Assembly: GCA_002269645.1 (NCBI GenBank)
Contig: NIVC01000870.1
Span: forward strand, 186,001-250,000
From: Macrostomum lignano
Taxonomy: Eukaryota
Reading direction: 5' to 3'
DNA: 64,000 nt
The translations under genes were made by a program, and so were the position numbers. A model generated the notes under the pieces. The model was not told the origin of the DNA and did no database searches. It saw only the letters and a list, made by a program, of their open reading frames with translations. This document shows positions 36,022 through 47,996 of this stretch, piece by piece. The number at the start of each line of letters is the position of its first letter. The first letter of the stretch is position 1.

Positions 36022-36418
36022 TTTGTTTGTCATTGTGCAGGCAATATGTACGAGTATCCAGCATGCAGTAAAAGCAACCAGCATACAGGATATGCATGTT
36101 TATCGTACCTAAAATTGTGCTGAATTCGCGTATAAACTGCTGACACGGGTGGTCACTGGTCACTCGCTGGTCACTGGGAGGTCACTGGTCAGATCGTCAT
36201 ATTCCATTTCGTCATATCGGATGACAAAGTGACCAGAAGCAAAGTAGCTTCGAAAAATATGACGAAGTGACTAAATATTTAGTTATGCTGAATACCTCGT
36301 CATCAACCAGTCAGTGAAATGGGGAGTGATTTCTCGTCGTTTTAGAGTCGTCTAGAGTCATTTCTTTTCTATTTTACCTGTGCTACCTGCAACGACTCCG
36401 GGGTCCAACACTTTTTAA

Positions 36419-38034
36419 GGGGTCTACGACAATTGACTGCCACAATTTGACTGCGGTCAATTTGACTGCGGACAATTTGACTGCCGAGCAATTTGACTGC
36501 CGACAAAATGACTGCGAACAAAATGACTGCGGTCAAAATGACTGCCGACAATTTGACTGCGGACAAGATGACTGCCGACAATTTGACTGCCGACAAAATG
36601 ACTGCCAACAAAATGACTGCCGACAAAATGACTGCCAACAAAATGACTGCCGACAAAATGACTGCCAACAAAATGACTGCCGACAAAATGACTGCGGCAA
36701 TTTGACTGCCGACAAAATGACTGCGGCAATTTGACTGCCGAGCAATATGACTGCGGACAATTTGACTGCCGAGCAATTTGACTGCCAGCGAAATGACTGC
36801 CGAGCAATTTGACTGCCAGCGAAATGACTGCCGGAAAAATGATGCTCCTAAAGTTTAGCACTCTGTCAACCCTTTTAAGTCTATGCAAGTAGTGAAATAT
36901 TGTATTTACGAGCTAGAATGATGCAGAACAGAACACATAACCTTTATACAACAAGCTGTAACAGCTGTTGTAACCCGCGGATTTTGAACAGTGGGAAATG
37001 GGAATTCCAATCTTAGGAACTACTCTCGTATTTTGCATATATTCTAAAATCTGAAGTTAAACTCAAGCAAAAACTTTTATTATTAGAGTTAAACATACTG
37101 TAACATAGATTACATTCGTGTAAAATTAGGATTGGAGGCAAACTATTGATATTGTTGGCTGGAGTGCGGCGCAGAATGTCAGAAAAACTCTGGCCTCTAC
37201 TTCTGCCTCTCGATCCCTATGTTCCTTGCATCCTTTGAACCTTCTATCTTCTCTTCTGTTTTCTCACTTCTCTCTCGTCTCTGCTCTCTCATCTCCCCTC
37301 TCTCATCTGTCATCTTTACTCTCTTATACTGGTATGTTCTCTCACCTCTCTCCTCTGTACTCTTCCCTTTCCCCTCTTTTGACTCCTCTCTTTCCTTTCT
37401 CCTTTCTTCCCTTTTCTTTTCTTCTCTTCTTTCTTCTATACTCTCTCCCTCTCTTGTCTTTTCTCTTCTCTCTCTGCGCTCTCCTCTCTTCTCTCATACA
37501 TCGTGTTCACTCTCTGACTCTCATCTTTGCTCTCTCATCCCCCTCTCATCTTTACTTTTGAACTTTACTTTTACTTTTGATCCGTTTGAACATTCGTCAT
37601 AACACATGCATGTATTGCTGAAAGGCAAATGTAGCTTGTACGAGCTATCGTTACTCGTAAATAACGAATTTTTAGTCCTGCATAAATACGATCAATACAT
37701 ATATAAAGAGGGTGTACGTGTAGTATTTGAGGCAGTCAAATTGTCCGCAGTCAAATTGCCGCAGTCATTTTGCTGGCAGTCAAATTGCCGCAGTCATATT
37801 GTCGGCAGTCAAATTGCCGCAGTCATATTGTCGGCAGTCAAATTGCCGCAGTCATATTGTCGGCAGTCATTTTGTTGGCAGTCATTTTGTCGGCAGTCAA
37901 ATTGTCGGCAGTCATTTTGACCGCAGTCATTTTGTTCGCAGTCATTTTGTTCGCAGTCATTTTGTCGGCAGTCAAATTGCTCGGCAGTCATTTTGTCCGC
38001 AGTCAAATTGTGGCAGTCAATTGTCGTGCACCCC
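36419..38034. mobile_element. Foldback-type element with TIRs built from 15-bp tandem units
   Basis: GGGGTCTACGACAATTGACTGCC... / ...GGCAGTCAATTGTCGTGCACCCC, with TTTTTAA on both flanks (7-bp TSD). Confidence 0.85.
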
Positions 38035-38253
38035 TTTTTAAGGTATATACTGTAACAATTATGCACAAAAACTAAACCGGAAATTTGTATCCGACCTTCG
38101 TCATCCACCAATCAGAAAGAAATAGCCGAAAATAGTCACCAAGTCTTTTAGATATTAAAAATCTTAGAAAACCTTTTAGTAACATATTCTTTGCCATGAG
38201 TTACAGAATTCTCCACGCAACAGCTTTAAACGCATGCAACGCATATCTTTAAA

Positions 38254-39800
38254 ATGCCGGATATATCCGGCCGATATATCGTTTATAAACGTAGACCGCG
38301 AAAGTGCAAGGGACAATTGTGTGTTGCATGCTCAAAAATAGTGCGCAATGATGATGAAGCCATTTTGTGTGACGCCTACAAGAAATGGCAACATCGCTGT
38401 TGCGGAACAGGTGTGTCAAAAGAAGACTACAAGATGCTAATAATGCAGGATAAATTCACGTGGATATGCACTAAGTGCCGGGTATCCAAAGCAAAATCGC
38501 CGCAATCGACTTCGCGATCAGATCTAGCAACTGTGCTGCCGTTGCCACCGACTTCGCCGCCGCCGACTATACCACACCAGGCCATGCGCCTCAGTTGGAA
38601 ACTGCAGTGCTGCCGCCGCCACCGACTTTGCCGTTAGGTCCTGCGCCTCAGCTGACAGCTGCGCTCTCGCAGTCGCCTCCACTGCCGCCGCCACCGACTT
38701 TTGCCGCCACCAACTTCGCCGCGACACCGACTTCACCGCCACGTACCGACTTCGCTGCAACCGACTTTGCCGTCAGGTTCCTGCGCCTCAGCTGTCATGG
38801 CAGCTGTGCTCTCGCAGTCGCCTCCACTGTACTGCCACCGCCACCGACTTCGCCGCCACCTGCGCCTCATCTGGAAGCAACACTACTGCCGCCACCTGCG
38901 CCTCAGTTAATAATTGAGTATGCATTGCCGCAACCGTTAGTAAACGCGCGTCTATGGCTCAGCCAGCTACCATTTTGGATGAGCTGTATTCCTTCCATCT
39001 TGAACCCGTCCGCCATCCTGCGGCTTTACTGGAAAATCCAATCGATGGTCCTGAGCCGCAACCCGGTAATTTTCCTGCAGATGGTGTTGTTGTTGACGAG
39101 TTTTACTTGATTGAAGGTGGAACATCTAAAGGAAAAAGGTCTCTAATTCATAAGGTTGGCTGCAAAGAGTTTGTGATGTGCTTTAACTATGCAAAAAATG
39201 GCTATCGATACTGGCGGTGCACCAGTCGAAGCATTAGAGGCATATGCCCAGCTATACAGCTGTGGAGGATGTGCAATGAAATTTTTGCAAAGGAAGAGCA
39301 AATCACACTTTGCTCTTGAAGGAAGAGAAAAATGATATATGAAGTAAAAGAGCAGACGAAGCGCCACTGCTTTCGCTCTGCAGCTGCAATAGTAGAGGAA
39401 AAACTTTTGGAGTACAGCGAAGTACGAGTAGGACCAGAAGTTCCAGCCGCAGCTACTTGATCTGGCAGAATATGTTAACAGTAGGTGGCTAACGAATCCA
39501 ATTCACCATCCTTGAAGTGAAATCAGCGTCTTTGGAAAGAGTATTCGAACAAATAATGAAGTCGATGGCTGGCACAGGCGCCTCAAGGAGAGATCAGAGA
39601 GAGTGCAGCTTTCCTTATATCCACTAATCAACCTGTTGCACAGGGAGGCGACTCTCGTGCCGCTTCAGCTTGCCCTGGTTCGGCAAGGTGTCCAAGAGCG
39701 TCAGCACAACGTGAAGTATCGGGATATGCAGGAGAAAGTGGAGCGGTACTGGGCACGCTATGATGCCGGACAGCTCTCGCTAAGAGAATTTCTGCAGGAC
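38254..39800 (+). pseudogene. MULE/Phantom-like transposase remnant (PHD finger, FLYWCH, MULE C-terminus; core deleted)
   Basis: CVAC..ILCD..WQHRCC..WICTKC; GTSKGKRSL..YWRCTSR..CPA; RTNNEVDGWHRRL; LYPLINLLHREA. Confidence 0.8.
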
Positions 39801-40755
39801 AGAATTGATGAGAGAGTGCAGAGTGAGAACTGGTGAGAGAGTGTAGAGTGAGTGAGAATTGGTGAGAGAGTGGGTGAGAATTGGTGAGAGAGTGGGTGAG
39901 AATTGGTGAGAGAGTGCAGAGTGACAATAAGTGAGAGAGTGGGTAAGAATTGGTGAGAGAGTGGGTGAGAATTGGTGAGAGAGTGGGTGAGAATTTGTGA
40001 GAGAGTGCAGAGTGACAATTGGTGAGAGAGTGGGTGAGAATTGGTGAGAGAGTGAGTGAGAATTGGTGAGAGAGTGGGTGAGAATTGGTGAGAGAGTGGG
40101 TGAGAATTGGTGAGAGAGTGGGTGAGAATTGGTGAGAGAGTGGGTGAGAATTGGTGAGAGAGTGCAGAGTGAGAACTGGTGAGAGAGTGCAGAGTGAGTG
40201 AGAATTGGTGAGAGAGTGGGTGAGAATTGGTGAGAGAGTGGGTGAGAATTGGTGAGAGAGTGGGTGAGAATTGGTGAGAGAGTGGGTGAGAATTGGTGAG
40301 AGAGTGCAGAGTGAGAACTGGTGAGAGAGTGCAGAGTGAGTGAGAATTGGTGAGAGAGTGCGGAGTGACAATAAGTGAGACAGTGGGTGAGAATTGGTGA
40401 GAGAGTGGGTGAGAATTGGGGAGAGAGTGCAGAGTGACAATAAGTGAGAGAGTGAGTGAGAATTGGTGAGAGACTGAATGAGAATTGGTGAGAGAGAGAG
40501 AGAGAGCAGAGTGACAATAAGTGAGAGACTGAGTGAGAATTTGTGAGAGACTAAGTGAGAATTGGTGAGAGAGTGAGTGAGAATTGATGAGAGAGAGCAG
40601 AGTGAGAATAAGTGAGAGAGTGCAGTGTGAGAATTGGTGAGAGAGAGCAGAGTAAAAATTGGTGAGAGAGTGAGTGAGAATTGGTGAGAGACTGAATGAG
40701 AATCGGTGAGAGAGAGAGAGCAGAGTGACAATAAGTGAGAGGCTGAGTGAGAGTG
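39800..40755. repeat. 22-bp satellite array
   Basis: AGAATTGGTGAGAGAGTGGGTG units with variants. Confidence 0.95.
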
Positions 40756-43619
40756 AGTTGATTCTACATGATTGAGCAGTACAGACTCCGTTAATTCCTG
40801 GCAATTTGTCCAGACAGCCAGACCCAACGTTGACTCAGCAACTACAGCTATTTGAAATTCTGATTGATACATAATTTGAATATATATGTGGTTATAGTTA
40901 AGGTAGCTGCATGAGCTAGCGAATGCATTTTTTATTCCAAGGTTCTGTGCAGTTGTTGTAGCACTGTATGATTTACTGCCGGTGGGTTGTGAGACAAGCA
41001 ATGTGTACGGGTCTCTTAAACTCAAACAAAATAACGACTTTGCGATAGGAGGGCCCAGATAGAGGAGTTGGGAAAGCGATAAGCTATAACTGAGACTGGT
41101 ATCGAAACTAGTGCGCATATTTTTGTGCAGTTGCTAAGCTGTTTTGTCAAGCACATCCTGCTCTCTATGGAGATCATAAAACACTTAAAAGGCAGCTTAA
41201 TTGCTATGCGCATACGGTAATTGGCAATGCTCATCCAGCATTGTGTAAGTATACGAGTGGGCAAACTAGATCGCAAAATGCTATTGAAATCATGCACAAT
41301 CAAGAGTAGCATACCAATTAATAAAGACCATTGGTCGAAAATGTGTCCTGTTTACCGGTACATGCATGTCTCTATAGCCTTGCATCTTAATCTGTTCATT
41401 CTCCGCTATTCTTGTTTCCCAAAACTTCCTTCCTGACTTCAAATATTTTTAACTCGTATGCACGCAGCAGCAGCTGTTTTCAGTTCTGCAATTTCCAAAT
41501 ATCACCTGCGATAAGCCATTCAGGCTAGCGGTTCTGAAACTTTCCCACTATACCCCCTTCCTTTCTCACACTATCTCACACTATCTCTGCTTTCATTTCT
41601 CATCTCATCTCTATTCTCTCTCTTCTCTCGTCTCGATCCTCTCTCCTATCTATTTCCTGTCTCATCTCTTCCCTCTTATTTCTAATCTCTCTTTTTTAAC
41701 ATCTCTCCTCTCTTCTCTCAACTCTTCTCCCTACTTTCTCTCCTCTACTCTCTTATCTCTCTTCTCTACTCTCTTCTCCCTGTCTCACCTCTCACCTCTC
41801 ATCTCTCTGCTCTCTGTTCTCTGCTCTGCCATCTCTCTTCTCCTTTCTACTCTCTCCCTTTTCCATTTTCTCTTTCCTCTCCTCTCTCTCTCCCTTCCCC
41901 TCTCTCCCTGTCTTCTCGATTCTCCCCCCTCTTATCTCCTCTCTCCCCACTCCATTTCTCTCTCCCATTGTCTCTCCTCTCTGCTCTCACATATTTCTCT
42001 TCTCTCTCTTCTCTCTACTCTCACATCTCTTGTATCTGCTCTCTCATCTCTCCTTTCTTCTCTTTCATCTCTCCCATCTCATCTCACCTCTCTCCCCTCT
42101 ACTCTCCTCTCTTCTCTCTCCTCTCGTATCCTCTCTTCTCTCTGCTCTCCTCTCTCATCACTCCTCTCTCCTGTCTCATCTCATCTCTCTCATCTCTCCC
42201 TTTTCTCACCTCTACTCTCTCCTCCCGTTTCTCTCGCCCCTCTTTTCTCTCTCCCTTCTCTCTCCCCTTCTTCTCTACCCTCTCCTCTCACTTCTCCTCT
42301 CCTCTCACAGTAAATGTATGAAATCTTCCGATGGAATAACCAACGGAGTTTTTTTGACGAGGATCTGCCGGGAAAAGTAATATGAAGTTAAATGAATTCG
42401 TGTTTACAGTATATTACCTTCTTTTCAAAAACCTTCCAATTGCAAAACTATCTAGTAAAAATCCTAAAAAGCATTTTCTTAGGCAAAAACATCTAGAATG
42501 TTAGTTAAATCAATTTAGCTTTTGCATTCAGTCATTGCGAGGTATTTTTGGATGTCATTTTTACTTTTCAGTGAAAATTTGCTTTTACAATAAAAAAAAT
42601 CAATTCGATATGTTGTCCCTTCAGTTTTTACTGGGCCCCAACTGCCCCCCCCCATCCTGAAACCTCTGGACACGCTCCCACCCTCCCCCTCTCCCTCCCT
42701 ATCTTATCCTAGCCACTTACGAATATCCTATACTAACTCCTATACCGATCCTGTTTTATAATATTCGATTTTTTCTTCCAAACATGATGTAAATGTAATT
42801 ATAATTCCTCTCTGGTTTCTGTAAGACAGTTGACTTTCGAACTCAATCAATGTTTGCCCCATACAATACTACATGTACATTTCATCAACTTAATGGCATC
42901 AGTTTAAGCACATTTGTAATTTGTAACTGACATGCGTTAATTCCATGGGAAGCGTGCAACAATTACGAAGTCCACGGGGGTCTGTGTTAGATTCGAGTTA
43001 GTGTAAACTAAAAACATTTTTTGTTTTTATTAACTAGAAGCTGTGGCAAGCAGAACCGATATCGATCGACAGGCTTTATCAATCGAGATAACAAAATGAC
43101 TGGAATTCATTAGGATTCTAAGTAAATATGTTTAATTGCCACATTAATTCACTTGGAAGTTGGAACTAATATGATTGGTGGATGACGAAATGACTCTCTT
43201 CAGGTAGTGCATGCCAATTAAGATGACGAAGTGACCCTAGTCGATGTGGTCACCCCAGACACCCCAGACGATAAAATGGCAGATGACGAAATTACTAGGA
43301 ACCCCGAGGGACACTGGGGAGAACAAAAATAGGTAAAAAAACGGCGGATAACTTAATAGCTACGGTATATTTAGTGACATTGCAAGCTTTAATCGCAGTA
43401 GCAGTGGTCAGGGCAGAAAGTTTATTGCATTAGATTGTTGAATTTGGTTAAAACGTGCCCATTGCCGAAGGTCGTAAGTTTTTGAATTTTTTAACTTGGA
43501 TGATAATTTGGTCTTCGGACCATATGTTCAAGGCGCAAGGGTATAAACTTTAAAAATGTTTGTTTTAAAATGTATTAGACAACGTGGTATCACCAAATCG
43601 TGTGCGCACCTTTGTCAGA

Positions 43620-44940
43620 AAGAGTACGGGAGTAGAAAATGCACGCGCTACGCAGCTACATGTACGCTCGTGGGAGGAATCGACAGTGGGGTATTCCATA
43701 GCAACTGGCAATGAATCAGCAATCAGCAATGAAAAAGAGCAATGAGCAGTGAAAATTGAGCAGAAAATTGAGCAGTAAAAAGGTGCTTTCTGGGGGGGGG
43801 GGGGCAATATGGCAAATTAAACCGATCGAGGGACTCTGTGACATCCACCAGCCTTTTGTTTTTGACGAGGTTTTTCCCCTCCTCTTTCGCTCAGGCCTGG
43901 CATGGAAGCGGCTTGCTTCCGCGTTCAGGTCTGCTGGTGAAGGACGGATCCCCGCTGCAGCTTTTTTTGCAGGGGAAGTGGGTAGTTGGCTCCTGGCTAA
44001 GCGCCAACTACCATACCGACAGCCCATAGTTGCAACTGGTACCACACGGGTTCTCGAGGGTCGCTGCTGCGGGGAAGGGCTCGGGCGTCGGCTGTCAACC
44101 CGACCTGGCGTTTGTGGCCCAAACCTGCAGCCGGACCCCCGCCCCATGATCCTGCAGAGTGTTGACTGTGGGCCTGCCAGAGCCTCGCCTGGGGTAATCC
44201 TGGGGTAAGACGGCAACCCAAAGCTTCTCTGCTGTTTACCGTAGCAGAGGGTAGCTCCTCGGAGCTGGCTGGGGGGTATATCCAGCCTCCGCGCGGTTAC
44301 GCATCCCACTTTTCTACATTTCAATTTTCTCCATTCCAGCCTACTCTGCATGGATACTTCTAAACCACCTTACACGGCTCGGTAACCGACAATTCCCGCG
44401 GCCCCGCGGTGAAGCGGGGGCAAAGTAAGGATAGTGTTCAGCCCCTCGAAAGGGGTTGACGGGTACGCACCTGTGATGGCGCGGCAGATGCTGCCCTGCA
44501 GCTGGTAAAGACGCTCACGGGCGGTCTTCTGCTCCAGCGCGCTAGACCAGATGAGGCTCGCGTATCTGATGCTGGGCCGGATGATGCCGGTGTAAATCCA
44601 ACGGACCGTTCTTGGCGAGAGACCCCAAGTCAGCTTGATGGCTCTGCGCAACTGGGCGAAGCAGCGTTTTGCTCGACCAATGGCGTTTCAAGGTGCTTCG
44701 TCCAGCGCAGGTCATGCGTTAGTCACACCGAGGTATTTGACCTTCTTGAAGGGGATGTTCCTGCCATAGACAGTTGAGGTTTTGCATCTCCCACGCTCGG
44801 CGCTTGGGGAAGACGAGAGCGACAGTCTTCGTGACGCTTATTCTAAGGCCATGCTGCGTGGCCCAATCAGCCGCTTATTAGCGAATTGCTGCATCAGGTT
44901 GCGCAGGGTGGCGGGGTCGGGTCCGCTGACGACCGCGGCA
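43620..44940 (-). pseudogene. Decayed LOA/Lian-like LINE fragment of a second family
   Basis: [43 protein letters not shown] and [11 protein letters not shown], paralleling the LINE at 18449. Confidence 0.8.
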
Positions 44941-45104
44941 AAAAGCTCACTCTCCAAAAATGTTGCACTTTCTGTCTTAAGGAGGGAGCTACTGCTTAAT
45001 CTAATAGCCACATTTTTGAGCTGCTCACTTCTAAGTTTAGAATTTTATCAAGTAGTCCTTCCACCTGCTGGCAATTTCTATCGCTTACGCAATAGCACAA
45101 AACA

Positions 45105-45390
45105 ATTGTCTCTTTTATGCTACTTCTTATCCAATACTGCCCCCTACTCAGTCATGTATTGTGCAGTTGAAAGATGGTAGTTTCTGCAAAGTAGTTCATT
45201 TTCTGAATGGCACCAATATTTTAGCTGATGTAATTTTTTTAGATGTCTGCAATTTACAAGACTTTTTGAATCCGTCCAATGTACCTATTGCTGCTGATAT
45301 ATTATGTTTAGCAAATACTTTCTTGTTTATCTGCCGCCCATCTTCTAACACCTGCACTATTCCAGTGGGATGTAATTTTCTGCATTAGTT
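45105..45390 (+). pseudogene. Possible CACTA-like transposase downstream remnant
   Basis: VQLKDGSFCKVVHF and DFLNPSN resemble the C-terminal region of such transposases; heavily decayed. Confidence 0.3.
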
Positions 45391-45949
45391 TGTTTCAGTC
45401 AATAATATTTTTCCCGATAAGGACTTGTGTCTCGTTATACTGGATTCTTGCTGCCATGAATATGGCTAAATTTGGGATGACTTGAAGCTGAGTAGGAACT
45501 GTTAAAACTGAGTAAGCACTACTAAGAATTGTATCTGTTGCAGATCATTTTCAAAATATAGATCACTTGAACCAATTGCCATACAATAATTCGCTTATTG
45601 CTTGCTAGTTGTGTATCTTGTTTGATTTTTGTTGACTGTTGTATAGTAAGAAAAAAGTAAAAATACGGGAAAACATTTTGTATGTATTCAAATTTCAATT
45701 TTAATGACTTTTAACGTTTCACTTTCTGTCCAGCTTTAATTTGAGTGTTATATAAATATAGTAATAAAATGCCATCGTGCATATTGTACTAATTGTACAT
45801 AAACTGCTCAATAGTAATCAAGTCTGGTCAGAAAAACATCCTCTCATGTGTTTATTGTCTTCCTTACATTAATTTTCTAATCTAAAAATTCAGAACATCG
45901 GCAAAAGCCATACATGCTACTTAGAGTAAACTGTGTGTCTATCCACCGA

Positions 45950-46174
45950 AAGTAATTGCAATCGGATTGCGCCAGAAATTGCATAAATTACAATTCAATT
46001 GGTCTAAATTGCAAAACTTACAATCCGCGTGTGCAAAATTGCTAAAACTGCAATTTCGATTGTAATCAGCTTATCCAAAATTGCAATTGATGTGCACGCA
46101 ATTGGCAATTATTGTACAATTTCGGCAAGTAGATTGCAATTTTCGACAATTTCTTGTAATTTCGGTCGACTAGG
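45950..46174. repeat. AATTGC-rich repeat that truncates the Polinton-like segment
   Basis: Repeated AATTGCA/TTGCAAT motifs ending ...CGACTAGGG at the junction. Confidence 0.55.
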
Positions 46175-46731
46175 GAATGCTTTCTCCCCTTTTCTGGCTC
46201 ATCTGGTTGGGGTAGAAGTTTGGTCTTTGGATCCACCTGTGGATCTCCATAGGTGAACACTTTGATGTTCTGCCATTTTTCATTGTCTTTGAGGTGCTTT
46301 GCATATTCAGCAGCTACAATTTCTGGGTTACTGGGAAGGTTTTGTTGGTTATTAAAACATTGAATAATGTCCTCTTTGATTAATGTGGACATTAATCCAA
46401 TAATGTCCACACTGTCTGGATTTGGGGCCAGCGGAGCCAGCGGGGCCAGTGGAGGTTGAATCTCTTGTTTAGGTGTTACAGTGTCCTTTATCTTTTTGGC
46501 TGCTGTGGCTACACTGCCGGCCGCTTCGGCAACGTTCTTGATGTTCTCTTTGTTCTCTCCAATGACCTTAAAAATCTTGGCCCCCTGAGCGATCAAATCG
46601 GCAAGGCCATTCCCAGAGCGTTCTTTTCTTGGATAGTGGCCTGCAGGGAAAAGTCCAGATCCACGTTTAATGAGATTAAGTTCCTCTTTGTCATAGTATT
46701 TGTCAATGTCTTTTTCGAAAATAAGTGGCAT
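46175..46731 (-). CDS. Polinton-like small protein with GxG motifs (3' end replaced by the adjacent repeat)
   Basis: KRGSGL and RSGNGL followed by amphipathic LADLIAQGAKIFKVIG; starts 2 bp after the upstream stop. Confidence 0.6.
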
Positions 46732-46733
46732 TT

Positions 46734-47966
46734 TTACTTGAAATAAATTATTTTTTGTTGAACCGCGAAAGCAGAAGCTCTCGCCCTCTTATCGATGTAT
46801 TTTCTCTCAAGCATTTTGTCTAGGATGTTGACAAATTCTTTTCTATTCTCATCTTTCATTCCGGTCTTTGCCGCTCCTAGAAGAACCGCTACTCGCTTGT
46901 AGAATTCAGGCATGCCTTTTCCAGTTGAAGGCGGTTGGTCTTGAGGTTGTGGAGTTGGTTGGGCTTGTGGCTGCTGGGGAGGTGATGCAAAAGACTGCTC
47001 ACTTTCAGAGATGGAACTGTCATGTGGCGCCTGTCTTTGTTGAGGTGTGAAAACTCTTTGCTTGATTCTGTTCATTCGATCTGGAGAGTGTTGTTCTAAG
47101 TGTTGCCAGTCTGTTGGGTGATCATTTTTATATTTAGCTACTTTCAAAGGGTCTAACTGCTCGAGTTGACTGAGTACTTGTTCTTCTGTGGAATGTTGCT
47201 GCTGTGGTTGTGGTTGTTGTTGTTGCTGTTGTTGTTGTTGTTCTAGATATTTTATGACTTCCGCCTGATCTGGCAAATCGAACCATTGTTTAAAGTGGTT
47301 GTACTTTTTGAATCTAGTCAGGTTGACAGCGTTATCATACATAAGCCTCAGGACTTCTGGGGCCTTTAGTATTTCTATATCTCTAGCAAGAGCAAAAGTC
47401 ACTAGATCTCTATAGTTCTTTAGCTGTTTGTCCGAGATTCTCTCTTGGTTCTTGGTCATAAAATTCAGTAAGGTTTCTGTGAAAGGAATGCTCTTAGTTT
47501 CCGAGCCTTTGACAACAGAAATATGTTTCTTATTTATGTCGATATAATATTCCACTGGTTCATTATAAATATTTTTTCTCCACATACTTATTCCAAATAC
47601 ATATTTCCCATCATGTTCTACACGCTCTACTGGTCCAAAAATGTTATCTGTCACTTTTAGTTGCTGTTGTTGTGGTTGTGATTGTTGTGGTTGCGGTTGT
47701 ATCTGTGGTTGCGGCTGTATCTGTGGTGCTTCTGGAATTTTGCCCAAAGCCTTTTGCACCTGGGTTTCCTGTATGTCGTCGATAGTTTCTTTGACCTGAT
47801 CAATATTTTTCTTAGCTTCTCCATACCCGGGTTTATGAAACTCTGTGGCTGCTTGGACAAACTCATTGTAGGATTGTTGCTCCTTATTTATTAGCCCGGT
47901 AACTCGTTTCTCTGCTTGTGCTAGCTTCTCCAATTCAGATATCTGCTGTGTACTTTTTCGCTTCAT
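46734..47966 (-). CDS. Polinton-like conserved core protein, 410 aa
   Basis: Intact ORF. The C-terminal TGKGMPEFYKRVAVLLGAAKTG..EFVNILDKMLERKYI resembles the RLxLLxGxxxAG..E..IL motif I associate with Polinton/adintovirus ORFs; contains polyQ tracts. Confidence 0.6.
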   Translation of the reverse strand: MKRKSTQQISELEKLAQAEKRVTGLINKEQQSYNEFVQAATEFHKPGYGEAKKNIDQVKETIDDIQETQVQKALGKIPEAPQIQPQPQIQPQPQQSQPQQQQLKVTDNIFGPVERVEHDGKYVFGISMWRKNIYNEPVEYYIDINKKHISVVKGSETKSIPFTETLLNFMTKNQERISDKQLKNYRDLVTFALARDIEILKAPEVLRLMYDNAVNLTRFKKYNHFKQWFDLPDQAEVIKYLEQQQQQQQQQPQPQQQHSTEEQVLSQLEQLDPLKVAKYKNDHPTDWQHLEQHSPDRMNRIKQRVFTPQQRQAPHDSSISESEQSFASPPQQPQAQPTPQPQDQPPSTGKGMPEFYKRVAVLLGAAKTGMKDENRKEFVNILDKMLERKYIDKRARASAFAVQQKIIYFK

Positions 47967-47996
47967 TTCTTATTTTATTTTATTTTTAGTTAAAAA

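Noticed and set aside
36369-38111. Repetitive ORFs (VILSAV, MTADK, CRQNDC)
   Set aside because: They derive from the 15-bp units of the foldback arms.
39628-41118. 496-aa, 348-aa and 245-aa minus-strand ORFs
   Set aside because: They are translations of the 22-bp satellite, which lacks stops on that strand.
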